Below, one piece after another: positions 49,061 to 58,801 of a DNA stretch of 64,000 nucleotides. Position numbers and translations under genes: made by a program. The stretch's first letter is position 1. Each line of letters opens with the position of its first letter. Below the pieces are notes generated by a model. It saw only the letters and a program-made list of their open reading frames with translations. It did not search any database and was not told where the DNA came from. Origin of the DNA: Deltaproteobacteria bacterium (GTDB lineage Bacteria; Desulfobacterota; Binatia; UBA9968); assembly GCA_016210115.1 (NCBI GenBank), contig JACQUW010000312.1, forward strand, positions 3 to 64,002, given 5' to 3'.

Positions 49061-50089
49061 TTGGCGACTGCACGCGCGCGATCATTAGAAATTCCCGACG
49101 CGCCCAACGAGGCTTTTGATTGGTTTGTCAACCAGAGGATGACTGACGGGCTTCCGGTTATTCCGCCGACGGAAGAAAGAGTCGACGCCGTGTTGGGCGG
49201 CACGCGAAGAGAACGCGCGGAAGAGATCGGGCTCATACCGCCGCGATGGGCAAGCGGCACGGTGGAAAAGCTTGCCATCAATGCGGTGATGGCTGGATGT
49301 CTCCCTGAATACATGCCCGTGCTGCTCGCCGCCGTGGAAGCGCTTCTTGACCCGCGCTACAACGTATACGGTACCCAGGCAACGACCCATCCGGGCGCTC
49401 CAATGGTCATTGTGCATGGTCCTGCCGCCAAGCAACTCCAAATCGCTTCCGGGAGCGGCTGTTTTGGACCGGGCTATAGGCCCAATCTCACAATCGGCCG
49501 CGCGATAAGATTATTTCTCGTGAATGTGGGCGGTTCCTTGCCCACCGAGGGCACGATGTCCACGTTTGGCTGGCCGGGCCGCTATTCATTTTGCTGGGCA
49601 GAGGCTGAAGAGGCGAGTCCATGGTCGCCGTACCATGCCGACAAGGGTTTTGACGCGAACCAGAGCGCGGTTACCGTGGCGCACATCGGCGGCTTTACAG
49701 ATATTCACGATCCGTACAGCAAGTCGGCTCCCAGCCTGCTCAAGTCTCTTGCTTACGGCATGACAAGCAAGAGCACCAATATTGGAGGCGGCGGTAATCC
49801 CGCCTGTGTCTTAAGCCCCGCGCATGCCCGCCTCCTCGCCCGGGAGGGAGTTTCGAAAACTGACGTTCGAAAGTATCTCTGCGAAAATGCCCGGGCTCAG
49901 CCTCGCCGGCTCGGTATGGAGAGCGTCGAAAATTTCGAGCGCACCACGATCGACTCGGAAGGGCTGCTGCGGATAGCCGACGAAGAGGAGGGAATTCAAA
50001 TCCTCGTCGCGGGAGGAGAGGGACCCCACTCCGCCGGCCTGTTCACATGGGGCCGCGAATCTCTCTGGGTCACCAAGGCTGTTCAGTAG
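49061..50089 (+). CDS. UGSC-associated 'TDGLP' family protein 3
   Basis: MTDGLPVIPPT, AINAVMAGC, TIGRAIRL, GWPG. Confidence 0.85.
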   Translation: MATARARSLEIPDAPNEAFDWFVNQRMTDGLPVIPPTEERVDAVLGGTRRERAEEIGLIPPRWASGTVEKLAINAVMAGCLPEYMPVLLAAVEALLDPRYNVYGTQATTHPGAPMVIVHGPAAKQLQIASGSGCFGPGYRPNLTIGRAIRLFLVNVGGSLPTEGTMSTFGWPGRYSFCWAEAEEASPWSPYHADKGFDANQSAVTVAHIGGFTDIHDPYSKSAPSLLKSLAYGMTSKSTNIGGGGNPACVLSPAHARLLAREGVSKTDVRKYLCENARAQPRRLGMESVENFERTTIDSEGLLRIADEEEGIQILVAGGEGPHSAGLFTWGRESLWVTKAVQ

Positions 50090-50102
50090 ACATGATTTCG
50101 GA

Positions 50103-50477
50103 TTGCGGTTGGGGAGTGCCGTGATGCTGGATTCACTGTTTAGTCCAACGACCGTGGCTGTGGTTGGCGCCAGCGCCAAGCCGCAAAAGCGGGGCAATGC
50201 TTTCCTTCGTTTTTTCCTCAACAGCGGGTTTGGGGGAGAGCTTTATCCGATCAGTCCCAGATACCAAGAGGTGCTTGGGCTCAAATGCTACCCTGCGCTT
50301 GCGGATGTTCCGGGTTCAGTCGATTACGTTGTTTGCTGCCTTCCAGCGCAGTCCGTGCTTCCGCTGGTGGAAGAGTGCGGGCGCAAAGGGACCCGACTGC
50401 TGCACATCTACAGTGCCGGTTTCAGTGAGACCGCCATTGCGCTCGGCAAGTACCTTCGTTATGACGGGGAGGCATGA
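50103..50477 (+). pseudogene. truncated acetate-CoA ligase (ADP-forming)-like gene; CoA-binding domain only
   Basis: LFSPTTVAVVGAS...YSAGFSET, then similarity ends abruptly. Confidence 0.65.
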
Positions 50478-51535
50478 TGGGTCGGTGGTTTGGCGCTTCG
50501 GTGGCGTCGATAAAGAAGCGGCTTTTAATCTTTAGCGCGCTTTTTGGTCTTGCGTTTCTCAGCGGCGTTAGCCGGGCGGCACAGATCGACGAACACGAGC
50601 GCAAACTCGTCGAGGGCGCGAAGAAGGAAGGGCGGATGGTTTACTACACCGCGATGAGCATTGAGGATGCGCGCGCGCTTGCCCAGGGATTCGAAAGCAA
50701 ATATGCCTTTATCAAAACCGACATCTTCCGTTCAGGTCACGAACGAATTCTTAGCCGGCTTAATGTAGAACATAAGACCGGCCGGCACGCGGCGGATGCC
50801 GTGATCGTCGGCGAGTTTGAAATCCATCATCTCAAAAAGCTCGGCCTCATAGCCCCCTATCACTCGCCCAGAGCGGCAGGTTTTACCGAAGGGCTCAAGG
50901 ACCCGGATGGATATTGGACCGATGTTTACGACAATCTGGTAGTCACGGCCTATAACGTAAACAAGGTCAAGCCCGAAGAGATTCCTCGACGCTACGAAGA
51001 CCTTCTTCATCCTCGTTGGAAAGGCCGAATGGCCCTCGATCACAACGAGGATCGCTGGGTTTCGAATTTACTTTCCATTATGGGAAAAGAAAAAGGGGTT
51101 GAATTTTTGCGCGCTTTGTCCAAACAAAACATCTATATACGCCGCGGCCGCTCCCTCATTACGCAGCTTCTTCTCGCCGGGGAATTTGATCTTCAGATTA
51201 CCGCTTACTGGTATCGGGTTCATCGGCTCATGCGAAGCGGAGCGCCGCTGCGCTGGGTCGGAATAGAGCCGGCGCTGCTGGCTTTGCACCCGATCAGTTT
51301 AGCGGTGAACGCGCCGCATCCGAACGCAGCCAGGCTTTTTATTGATTATGTTGTTTCCGAAGAGGGACAGATCGTGTTTGCCCGGCGCGGCCGGGAAGCG
51401 GCGAGACCGGGTATTAAACCGGAAGGATTTCCGGGGCAGCTGAAAGTTCTTCCGAGCCGTCCCCAATTGGCTGAGAATCTGGAGGAGAACAACCGGCTTT
51501 TCGAGGCGCTTTTCTTAAAGGGAGTGAGCCCATGA
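50474..51535 (+). CDS. extracellular solute-binding protein (Fe3+-type ABC family)
   Basis: DLLHPRWKG, APHPNAARLFIDY. Confidence 0.9.
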   Translation: MMGRWFGASVASIKKRLLIFSALFGLAFLSGVSRAAQIDEHERKLVEGAKKEGRMVYYTAMSIEDARALAQGFESKYAFIKTDIFRSGHERILSRLNVEHKTGRHAADAVIVGEFEIHHLKKLGLIAPYHSPRAAGFTEGLKDPDGYWTDVYDNLVVTAYNVNKVKPEEIPRRYEDLLHPRWKGRMALDHNEDRWVSNLLSIMGKEKGVEFLRALSKQNIYIRRGRSLITQLLLAGEFDLQITAYWYRVHRLMRSGAPLRWVGIEPALLALHPISLAVNAPHPNAARLFIDYVVSEEGQIVFARRGREAARPGIKPEGFPGQLKVLPSRPQLAENLEENNRLFEALFLKGVSP

Positions 51536-52449
51536 AGAACCCAGTCCCTATCAAAGCAGGCTACGCCACGATCGGACAGGGGGCAGGCCCGATGATTGTG
51601 ACCGAGCGGGCCGGTCTGTTTCTAAAATACGGACTAGAGGTAGAGACGCGGTTGATGCACGGGGCGCGGGGAGTCGTGCGCGGACTGATGAACGGCGAGA
51701 TCGAGTTCGGCAACCTGGCGGCGCCGGCGCTGCTGCGGACGGTTTTAGCGGAAGGCGCGGATCTGGTCTTTCTCACCGGTGGAATTAACCAGCAGTTCTT
51801 GATGGGTCGCCCGGGAATTAAAAACCGGAACCAGTTGTCGGGGGCGAGAATCGGTTTTGCCGGCGACGGTGGCTTAAATGACGTTCTGGTTCGCTTCCTC
51901 CTGCGTCAATTGGAAAAGGAGGGCATCCATGGTATTCAATTGGTCACCGGTTCCGAGTCAGGAACAGAGAGGCTTTCAGCCCTCGTTCAGGGAAAACGCG
52001 ATGCCGAAATCATTACCCCTCCCGAAGCCATTGAGGCCAAAAGGCAAGGCTGTTCTTTTTTGATTGATTTTGCCGAGTACGGGTTGAATTTTGCTTTAGG
52101 CGGCATTGCGGCCCGCCGCGCGTATATTCGGGAGCATGAAGATGTCACGCGGCGTTTCATCCGAGCCTACGTGGAGGGGATGCATCGTTACCGGACCGAT
52201 CGGCTTTTCACAGTCGGGGTTCAACAAGAGTATAGCGGGCTTTCGGATCGCTCGGTGGCGGAAGAGACCTACGATCTCACGCAGCCAGGAATGCCGCGGA
52301 TTCCCTATCCGGTGGTTTCAGCTTTGGGTACGGCGCTGCACGTCATGGCCGGAGAATTGAAGGAAGCGGCTACAGCAGATGCCCTGGGATTCGTGGATGA
52401 TCGGTTTGTCCGGGAGATCGACGACCAGGGGCTGGTTCCCTCGCTGTAA
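51532..52449 (+). CDS. NitT/TauT-type substrate-binding-like protein lacking a signal peptide
   Basis: family motifs (RFIRAYVEG, IPYP, FVDDRFVREI); no hydrophobic N-terminus. Confidence 0.8.
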   Translation: MKNPVPIKAGYATIGQGAGPMIVTERAGLFLKYGLEVETRLMHGARGVVRGLMNGEIEFGNLAAPALLRTVLAEGADLVFLTGGINQQFLMGRPGIKNRNQLSGARIGFAGDGGLNDVLVRFLLRQLEKEGIHGIQLVTGSESGTERLSALVQGKRDAEIITPPEAIEAKRQGCSFLIDFAEYGLNFALGGIAARRAYIREHEDVTRRFIRAYVEGMHRYRTDRLFTVGVQQEYSGLSDRSVAEETYDLTQPGMPRIPYPVVSALGTALHVMAGELKEAATADALGFVDDRFVREIDDQGLVPSL

Positions 52450-52483
52450 CGTTTAGCGGTAAGTCGGTGGGAGGAAGACGTCA

Positions 52484-53494
52484 ATGAGATTTCTTATTAA
52501 AGTGATGGCATCGCTAGCTCTGCTCCTTTGTGTTCCGGCGCCATCGCGTGGTCAGGACGCCAGACTGGCTAAGGCCAGAGAGGAACGGAAGGTCGTCGTC
52601 TACAACACGACTACCGTCCCGGACATGCAGAGGCTCAGCGATGAGTTCCGCAAGAAGTATCCGTTCTTAGAGGTCGAGTCCTTCCGCTCCGCCGGTGAGC
52701 GGCTCATACAGAAAATCATCACTGAAATCCGGGCGGGCCGTTATCTGGCTGACGCTTACATCATCAGCGGGCTCCAGATGTGGCTTTTGCGTGATGCGGG
52801 ACACGTGGTTCCCTATCTTTCGCCTGAAAGAGAAGGAGTCATGAAGGCATTTAAGGATCAGCCCGGGTACTGGACCGGAGTCTATTTTAATCTGGAAGTG
52901 ATCGGGTATAACACCAATCTTGTCTCACAGCGCGAGTTCCCCAAAAAATGGGAAGACCTTCTGGATCCCAGGTGGAAAGGCCGCATGATGCTCGAGGCTG
53001 AAGACATCCCCTGGTTTGCTTCATTGCTGCAGCTGCTGGGCGAAGAAAAAGCCATGGATTTCGCCCGGCGCCTGGCGAAGCAGCAGCTTCAGATCCGCAG
53101 AGGTCATACGCTTATTTCACAATTAGTGGCAGCGGGCGAAAGCGCTCTCTCCCCTACGGTCCGGGTCAATATCGCCGAGACGCTCAAAAAGAAGGGCGCT
53201 CCGGTAGACTGGCTCGCCATCGAGCCCATAGCGCCGAACCCGCCCGTTTCCATCGGGCTCCCGAAAAACAGTCCTCATCCCAATGCCGCCCGATTGTTCA
53301 TCGATTTTATCCTGTCGCGCGAGGGGCAGTCGGTTGTTCGTAGTCTCAACCGGAATCCCACCCGTGGCGATGTGGAGCAGCCGGTTCCACGGGCTTCCAA
53401 GATAAAAATCTTCGAGATGAATTGGGACCGGGTGGTCAAAAATTACAGCCGGTACGTCAAAGACTTCAATGAGATCTTCGGAGTGAGTGAATAA
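52484..53494 (+). CDS. extracellular solute-binding protein (Fe3+-type ABC family)
   Basis: DLLDPRWKG, SPHPNAARLFIDF. Confidence 0.9.
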   Translation: MRFLIKVMASLALLLCVPAPSRGQDARLAKAREERKVVVYNTTTVPDMQRLSDEFRKKYPFLEVESFRSAGERLIQKIITEIRAGRYLADAYIISGLQMWLLRDAGHVVPYLSPEREGVMKAFKDQPGYWTGVYFNLEVIGYNTNLVSQREFPKKWEDLLDPRWKGRMMLEAEDIPWFASLLQLLGEEKAMDFARRLAKQQLQIRRGHTLISQLVAAGESALSPTVRVNIAETLKKKGAPVDWLAIEPIAPNPPVSIGLPKNSPHPNAARLFIDFILSREGQSVVRSLNRNPTRGDVEQPVPRASKIKIFEMNWDRVVKNYSRYVKDFNEIFGVSE

Positions 53495-53530
53495 GAAAAA
53501 CAAAGAAATCATTTTGGATTGGAGAAATCT

Positions 53531-54553
53531 ATGCCCAGGGAAATAGAAGTCATCGATGCCGACGGTCACATTACTGAGGAGGATAGCCAACTCAAAGAAT
53601 TTATGGAGCCGCCCTACCGGGACCGGCGCGCGGTTCTGTATCCTAAAGATAATTGGGATAGATCGCTGGGGGGGACGTTGGGGACCAGGGCCCGGGATGC
53701 GAAGAGCTGGCTTGATGCCATGGACCAGGGTGGGATCTCTACCGCGGTTCTTTTCCCTACCGATGGCTTGGGAATCGGGTGGATTCGTGAGCCCGACTAC
53801 GCGGTCGCCTTGTGTAAGGCGTGGAACGACTTCGTTTCGGAAAAATTCCAGAAAGTAAGTCCCCGGCTTAGAGGCATCGCGCTGGTCCCGCTTCAGGACG
53901 TCGCCGAGGGCGTGAAGGAGATGCGCCGCGCGATAAAAGAGCTCAAGCTCGCCGGAGTCATGCTTCCGGGCGTCGGCTTAAGAAAACCGCTGGGCCATTC
54001 CGACTACTGGCCTATTTACGAAGAGGCGGAAAGATTGGACTGCATGGTGGGTGTCCACGCCACCGTCCGCGGTCCACATTATTATGCTGCCGAGATATTC
54101 GACGATTTTATCGACGTCCACACGCTATCCCACGCATTCGCGCAGATGACGCAGATGACGAGCATCGTCCTGCGCGGCGTGCTCGAGAAATTCACCAGTC
54201 TCAGAATTGCGTTCATGGAGGCGGGCTGTTCGTGGGTTCCTTACTGGATGGGAAGGATGAACGAAGAGTGGGAGAAGCGGGGAAAGGCGGAAGCTCCCCG
54301 CTGCAAGAAAAAACCGAGTGAGTACATTACGAGCGGGCGGGTTTACCTTCATGCGGAAGACTATGAGCCGCTGATAGGTTCGACCGCTGAGGTGTTGAGT
54401 CATAAAGTTCTTTATTACGCCTCCGATTGGCCTCATTGGGACAACGAGTTTCCCGAGAACATTGACCACCTTTCAAATCGAAAGGATCTTTCTCCCGAGG
54501 CGAAGAAGTGGCTGATGGCGGAAACGTCAAAGAAGCTCTACAAACTTGGCTAG
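53531..54553 (+). CDS. amidohydrolase family 2 protein
   Basis: IDADGHI, FMEAGCSWVP, YASDWPHWD. Confidence 0.9.
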   Translation: MPREIEVIDADGHITEEDSQLKEFMEPPYRDRRAVLYPKDNWDRSLGGTLGTRARDAKSWLDAMDQGGISTAVLFPTDGLGIGWIREPDYAVALCKAWNDFVSEKFQKVSPRLRGIALVPLQDVAEGVKEMRRAIKELKLAGVMLPGVGLRKPLGHSDYWPIYEEAERLDCMVGVHATVRGPHYYAAEIFDDFIDVHTLSHAFAQMTQMTSIVLRGVLEKFTSLRIAFMEAGCSWVPYWMGRMNEEWEKRGKAEAPRCKKKPSEYITSGRVYLHAEDYEPLIGSTAEVLSHKVLYYASDWPHWDNEFPENIDHLSNRKDLSPEAKKWLMAETSKKLYKLG

Positions 54554-54593
54554 GAGGATTTTGCACCCGCGAGTTGCGAGGAAGGATGTATTT

Positions 54594-54710
54594 GCGGTCT
54601 CTGATCATCCCAAAGCTAGCGAAGCCGATCCCAAAGAGTTTTTCGATAACCGCCTGCTGAAAGAACTGGAAGACTCCGGGTTCGTTCAGGACGTCTACGG
54701 TAAACGCTAG
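54594..54710 (+). pseudogene. 3' remnant of NitT/TauT substrate-binding protein
   Basis: DHPKASEADPKEFFDNRLLKELEDSGFVQDVYGKR*. Confidence 0.7.
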
Positions 54711-54836
54711 GTTCGGGAAAGTTGGTCATTCCCACGATCTTGGCCGGCCGAAAACTATACGGTTCTAATCCGCTTAAATCGGGCCACCCCTTGGTTCGAG
54801 ATTCCTCCGGCGCGTTCCCACAAAAACAGCGCTCTC

Positions 54837-55838
54837 ATGGAAGCCTCCGGTCGTAGACTTCTCATCGCCATAGTTTTTCTGTGCCTGGCGTTAATCATCG
54901 GGGTAGTGGGGTACCAATTGGTCGAGGGATGGAGCTTATTCGATTCCCTCTATATGACGGTCATTACCCTGGCAACCGTGGGGTATGGGGAAACGCATCC
55001 GCTGAGTCCTACCGGAAGAGTTTTCACGATGTTTCTCATCATCATCGGAGTGGGGGTGCTGACGTACGGATTGACCGCTGTCACAACCTTTGTCGTCGAA
55101 GGAGCGCTCGCAGACATTATCGGGAGAAGGAGAATGGAAGCGGGGATCACAAAGCTAAAAGACCATGTTATCGTTTGTGGAATCGGAGAGACGGGCCGGC
55201 ACATTGCGGAGGAATTTCTAAAAATCCGCGTCCCTTTCATTGTCATTGATAAAGACGCTGAGACCATCAAACATATGCGAAAGATCGGGCCATTTCTCTT
55301 CATCGAAGGCGATGCGTCCGATGATGAGGTTCTGTTGCAGGCCCGAATCCAACACGCTCGCGGCCTGGTGACGACCATACCGCATGACAGGGATAACGTC
55401 TTCGTGATTTTGACGGCGCGGGGCCTGAACCCGGGCCTTCGGATTGTCACCCGGCTAATTGAGGAGGAGGCCAGGGCCAAGCTCCAGAAGGCGGGGGCCG
55501 ACGCGATCGTCTCAACGAACTTCATCGGAGGTCTCCGAATGGCTTCGGAGATGGTTCGCCCTACAGTGGTTTCGTTCCTGGACAAGATGCTGCGAGCGGC
55601 TACTGCCGACGTGAGAGTGTCAGAAGCCAAGATTCCGTCCGGTTCACGGCTGATCGGCAAGACACTCGGAGAAGCGGGGATCTATGAAAAGACGGCGCTG
55701 ACCGTGATTTCCATAGCGCGGGATGATTCTTTCGAATTAAATCCCAGCCCCGATAGCCGCCTTAAGGAAGGGGATGGTCTCATCGTTTGCTGCTCGGCCG
55801 AGCAACTCAAAAAACTCGTCGATTGTATCGCGGTATAA
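54837..55838 (+). CDS. potassium channel with RCK/TrkA domains (MthK-like)
   Basis: TVGYG filter, 2 TM helices, CGIGETG Rossmann motif. Confidence 0.93.
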   Translation: MEASGRRLLIAIVFLCLALIIGVVGYQLVEGWSLFDSLYMTVITLATVGYGETHPLSPTGRVFTMFLIIIGVGVLTYGLTAVTTFVVEGALADIIGRRRMEAGITKLKDHVIVCGIGETGRHIAEEFLKIRVPFIVIDKDAETIKHMRKIGPFLFIEGDASDDEVLLQARIQHARGLVTTIPHDRDNVFVILTARGLNPGLRIVTRLIEEEARAKLQKAGADAIVSTNFIGGLRMASEMVRPTVVSFLDKMLRAATADVRVSEAKIPSGSRLIGKTLGEAGIYEKTALTVISIARDDSFELNPSPDSRLKEGDGLIVCCSAEQLKKLVDCIAV

Positions 55839-55849
55839 TGGTGAAGTGA

Positions 55850-56599
55850 TTAATATCGTTCACAGGCCCGGATAAAAGCCGTGAATATCTTCTTCTGTGC
55901 GATGCTTCTGCGAGTCAAGAACTCCGGATGCCACTGGAGGCCGAGAACGAAGGAGTGATCGCGGCTCTCGATGCCTTCGACGACGCCGTCTCCCGCAACG
56001 GCGTTGACGATCAAGCTTCGCCCCAAATTCTTGATGGACTGATGGTGAGTCGTGTTGACGTCGATCGAATCGCGCCTCACGATTCGCTTGAGTTTCGTTC
56101 CGGCCTTGATATGGACCTTATGCCCACCCGTTTCTTTCAAAGCGCTTTTCTCATGATTCGTGGCGCCGGGAATCTGCCTGGCGATATGCTGGTAAAGCGA
56201 GCCGCCAAGGACAACGTTGATCGCTTGCGTGCCGCCACAAATACCCAGCAACGGTAAATCCTTTTTCAGTGCGTAGGAGATCACCTCCAGTTCGAAGGAG
56301 GTGCGATCTTCCTTGATATTGCCAAGCTCCTCACCAGGAGTTTCCCGGTAATGCCGGGGGTGGATATCGAAATTCCCTCCCGTTACCACGACGCCGCTCA
56401 GGCGGTCGAGCGATTCACGAATACGAGTGCGGGAGGAGGAGATAGGGAGGATGACAGGGATGCCGCCAGCCTGCAGGATAGCGCTCGCATAACGTGCCCG
56501 CAGGAAAAAGACCGCTTCTCCCTTTTCAGTGGAGTCATTGGCGGCCGCGTCTTGAACGTCGGGCGTGATCCCGATCAGGGGTTTTGACCGCTTTATCAT
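55850..56599 (-). CDS. gamma-glutamyl-gamma-aminobutyrate hydrolase family (peptidase C26)
   Basis: PLIGIT, LGICGG, HHQ, QWHPE. Confidence 0.88.
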   Translation of the reverse strand: MIKRSKPLIGITPDVQDAAANDSTEKGEAVFFLRARYASAILQAGGIPVILPISSSRTRIRESLDRLSGVVVTGGNFDIHPRHYRETPGEELGNIKEDRTSFELEVISYALKKDLPLLGICGGTQAINVVLGGSLYQHIARQIPGATNHEKSALKETGGHKVHIKAGTKLKRIVRRDSIDVNTTHHQSIKNLGRSLIVNAVAGDGVVEGIESRDHSFVLGLQWHPEFLTRRSIAQKKIFTAFIRACERY

Positions 56600-56679
56600 A
56601 ACGTTCGCGCCACTAAGGCACCAAGACACAAAGCTTTTTCTCTTAGTGACTTCGTGACTTTGTGGTGAAATGAAATCCG

Positions 56680-58743
56680 TCAAGAGCCTTCTTTGGCTTC
56701 GAATCTCGCTTGGTTGTTGTAAATCTTTCTGTAGGAGAGCTGGTTGCGTAAAACGAGCTTAACGTAGAGGCGGGTCTCCGCGTAAGGAATCCTTTCAATA
56801 AATTCCTCATCGTCCTCCGCTGGGATTTGTCTTTGCCAGCGGGCCACGGCATTTTCACCGGCATTATAAGCAGCGATTGCCCTGGGTAGATTGTTCTCAT
56901 AGCGGTCAAGAAGCCCCTTGAGGTGATGGATGCCGATTTTCAGGTTGACATCGGGGTCGAAGAGAGTTTCCGGGTTGGGAACAGGAAGTCCCATTTGTTT
57001 TGCTTCACGCGCGGCGGTCGTTGGAAGCAACTGCATCAAGCCGTAGGCAGATGCCGGAGAGAGCGCGTAGGGGTCAAAAAGGCTTTCCTGGCGGATCAGC
57101 GCCACGACCAGAAACGGGTCCAGGCCAAGTTCGACGGCCAGCTTGTCCACCTTTTCCCAATACGCCAGAGGATAACGGAAACGCTGCAGCTCGTCAGAGG
57201 AGCCACGGATTCGGTTTGCCAGAGAAACGCTCCGGCGATAGGCGCCGTTGCGGGCGTACTCGCGCATGAGAAGTGAATATAGGCCCGGATCACCGCCGTC
57301 ATTTTTGATCTCGTCAAGCTCAGCGACGGCGAGTATACTGAGAGAGATTTCGGTGAGTTCCCGGGCTCGGATCAGATGAAAAGCGGCCTCCGGGATAAGA
57401 ACGGGTTGAGAATTCGACACCTCGCTGATTGGCCCGTCGAGCCCTTTTGGGTCGAAAGCCACGCCCATTTTTTGCAGTGAGCGCGCAGCCGCTCCTTTGT
57501 AGTAGCTGTCTTCCGGCGCGTTGAAAATCGCGACAAAGATACCTTTGGCTTCCTCCGCCAGCCCCATCTTTAACGCCGTTCGGGCCTGCCAGTAGTAAGC
57601 TGCTGTCTGATAGCGATCCCCTTCGTTTCCGGTGGAAAGCCGCTTGAACGCCTGGTAAGCCTTCTCGTGTTGCCCCTGCAGGTAATGGATCCATGCCAAT
57701 CTCCAGGCCGCTTCCTGTCGAAGCTGGCTGGCCGGAAATCTTTTGGAAAAATCCCGGTAAATGCGAATAGCTTCCTCCGTATTGCCGAGAGATTCGTGGA
57801 TTCGGGCTGAGGCGAAGTCAGCGAAATCGATAAAGGAGCTCGCAGGATACTTTTTTTTCAATTGGTTGAAATGATCCATGGCTTTGAGATTGTCATCGAG
57901 GTTCCAGTAGGTTCTCGCGAGCCGATAAAGCGCGTTTGGAGCCTCAGGGCTCTGAGGGAAATGGCGAACGATTTCGCTTAAAACCAGTATTCCCTTCTCC
58001 CTGTTGCGCGCGGCTCGATAGACGTTCGCCAGGGCCATCAGTAATGCCGGGCGTGAGTTCCCGGCGGGTACCATCTCCAGGACCTTGCGGTAAACTTTTT
58101 CAGCTTCCGCGAATTGCCGCTCCTGAAGAAGAAGCTCGCCTTCAGCGGAAAGCGACTCGCTGGTGTTCAGAACAAAACGTTCGGGATTTTCCTCTCTTAA
58201 TCGGCTTACGTCTTGTCTCGCTTTGCTGGCCCACGAAGAAAGGGGAGATGACCGGCGTAATTCCTGATAAAAACTATGGGCTTCCTCGAGCTTACCGAGG
58301 GCTTCATGAATTTGGGCCAGGAGATAAAGGCTTTCATCGGAGATCTCACGTCTGGGTCTTTGGGCCCGCAGAGACTGCAGGATCTCCATGGCGCGGGCAT
58401 GGTCCTTCTCGTCAATGGCTAACTTCGCCATCTGGAGCTCCGCCTGGCTGCGCCAAACACTTTGAGGAAAAAGCCGCCGCAGAAGGGCAAAAAACCCTCG
58501 CGCCGTTTCAGGCGAGCCCCGCTTCGAAGCGATCAGGCCGAGATAGTAAAGACTGTAATCGGATAAAACATAGTCTTGATCCAGTGTTCTGAAGAAGAGT
58601 TCCTCGGCTTCTGAGAGGTTCCCAGTGGAATAAAGAGTGTAAGCTTGGCTAAAAAGAGCGCGAGGGTTAGCCTCCGGCATGCCGGGCAGGCCCGACGTTA
58701 ATGGAAGAAAGAGCAGCAACAGGAGGCTTAAAACCTTGCTCAT
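56680..58743 (-). CDS. slt: soluble lytic murein transglycosylase with TPR repeats
   Basis: IRQESLF, GLMQL, AAYNAG, IPYAETRLYV. Confidence 0.9.
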   Translation of the reverse strand: MSKVLSLLLLLFLPLTSGLPGMPEANPRALFSQAYTLYSTGNLSEAEELFFRTLDQDYVLSDYSLYYLGLIASKRGSPETARGFFALLRRLFPQSVWRSQAELQMAKLAIDEKDHARAMEILQSLRAQRPRREISDESLYLLAQIHEALGKLEEAHSFYQELRRSSPLSSWASKARQDVSRLREENPERFVLNTSESLSAEGELLLQERQFAEAEKVYRKVLEMVPAGNSRPALLMALANVYRAARNREKGILVLSEIVRHFPQSPEAPNALYRLARTYWNLDDNLKAMDHFNQLKKKYPASSFIDFADFASARIHESLGNTEEAIRIYRDFSKRFPASQLRQEAAWRLAWIHYLQGQHEKAYQAFKRLSTGNEGDRYQTAAYYWQARTALKMGLAEEAKGIFVAIFNAPEDSYYKGAAARSLQKMGVAFDPKGLDGPISEVSNSQPVLIPEAAFHLIRARELTEISLSILAVAELDEIKNDGGDPGLYSLLMREYARNGAYRRSVSLANRIRGSSDELQRFRYPLAYWEKVDKLAVELGLDPFLVVALIRQESLFDPYALSPASAYGLMQLLPTTAAREAKQMGLPVPNPETLFDPDVNLKIGIHHLKGLLDRYENNLPRAIAAYNAGENAVARWQRQIPAEDDEEFIERIPYAETRLYVKLVLRNQLSYRKIYNNQARFEAKEGS

Positions 58744-58801
58744 GAGCTGTTAAGAATTTTAATGGAGGGAACAAACGGATGCAACGGAGAGTTTTGGACG
58801 C

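Noticed and set aside
54770-54830. GGTTCGA motif suggesting a tRNA (e.g. tRNA-Sec)
   Set aside because: No acceptor stem or cloverleaf could be built
56610-56670. Short imperfect inverted repeat with ~9-bp periodicity between slt and the C26 peptidase
   Set aside because: Low-complexity intergenic hairpin; only a weak partial second copy near 34840, so no function can be supported
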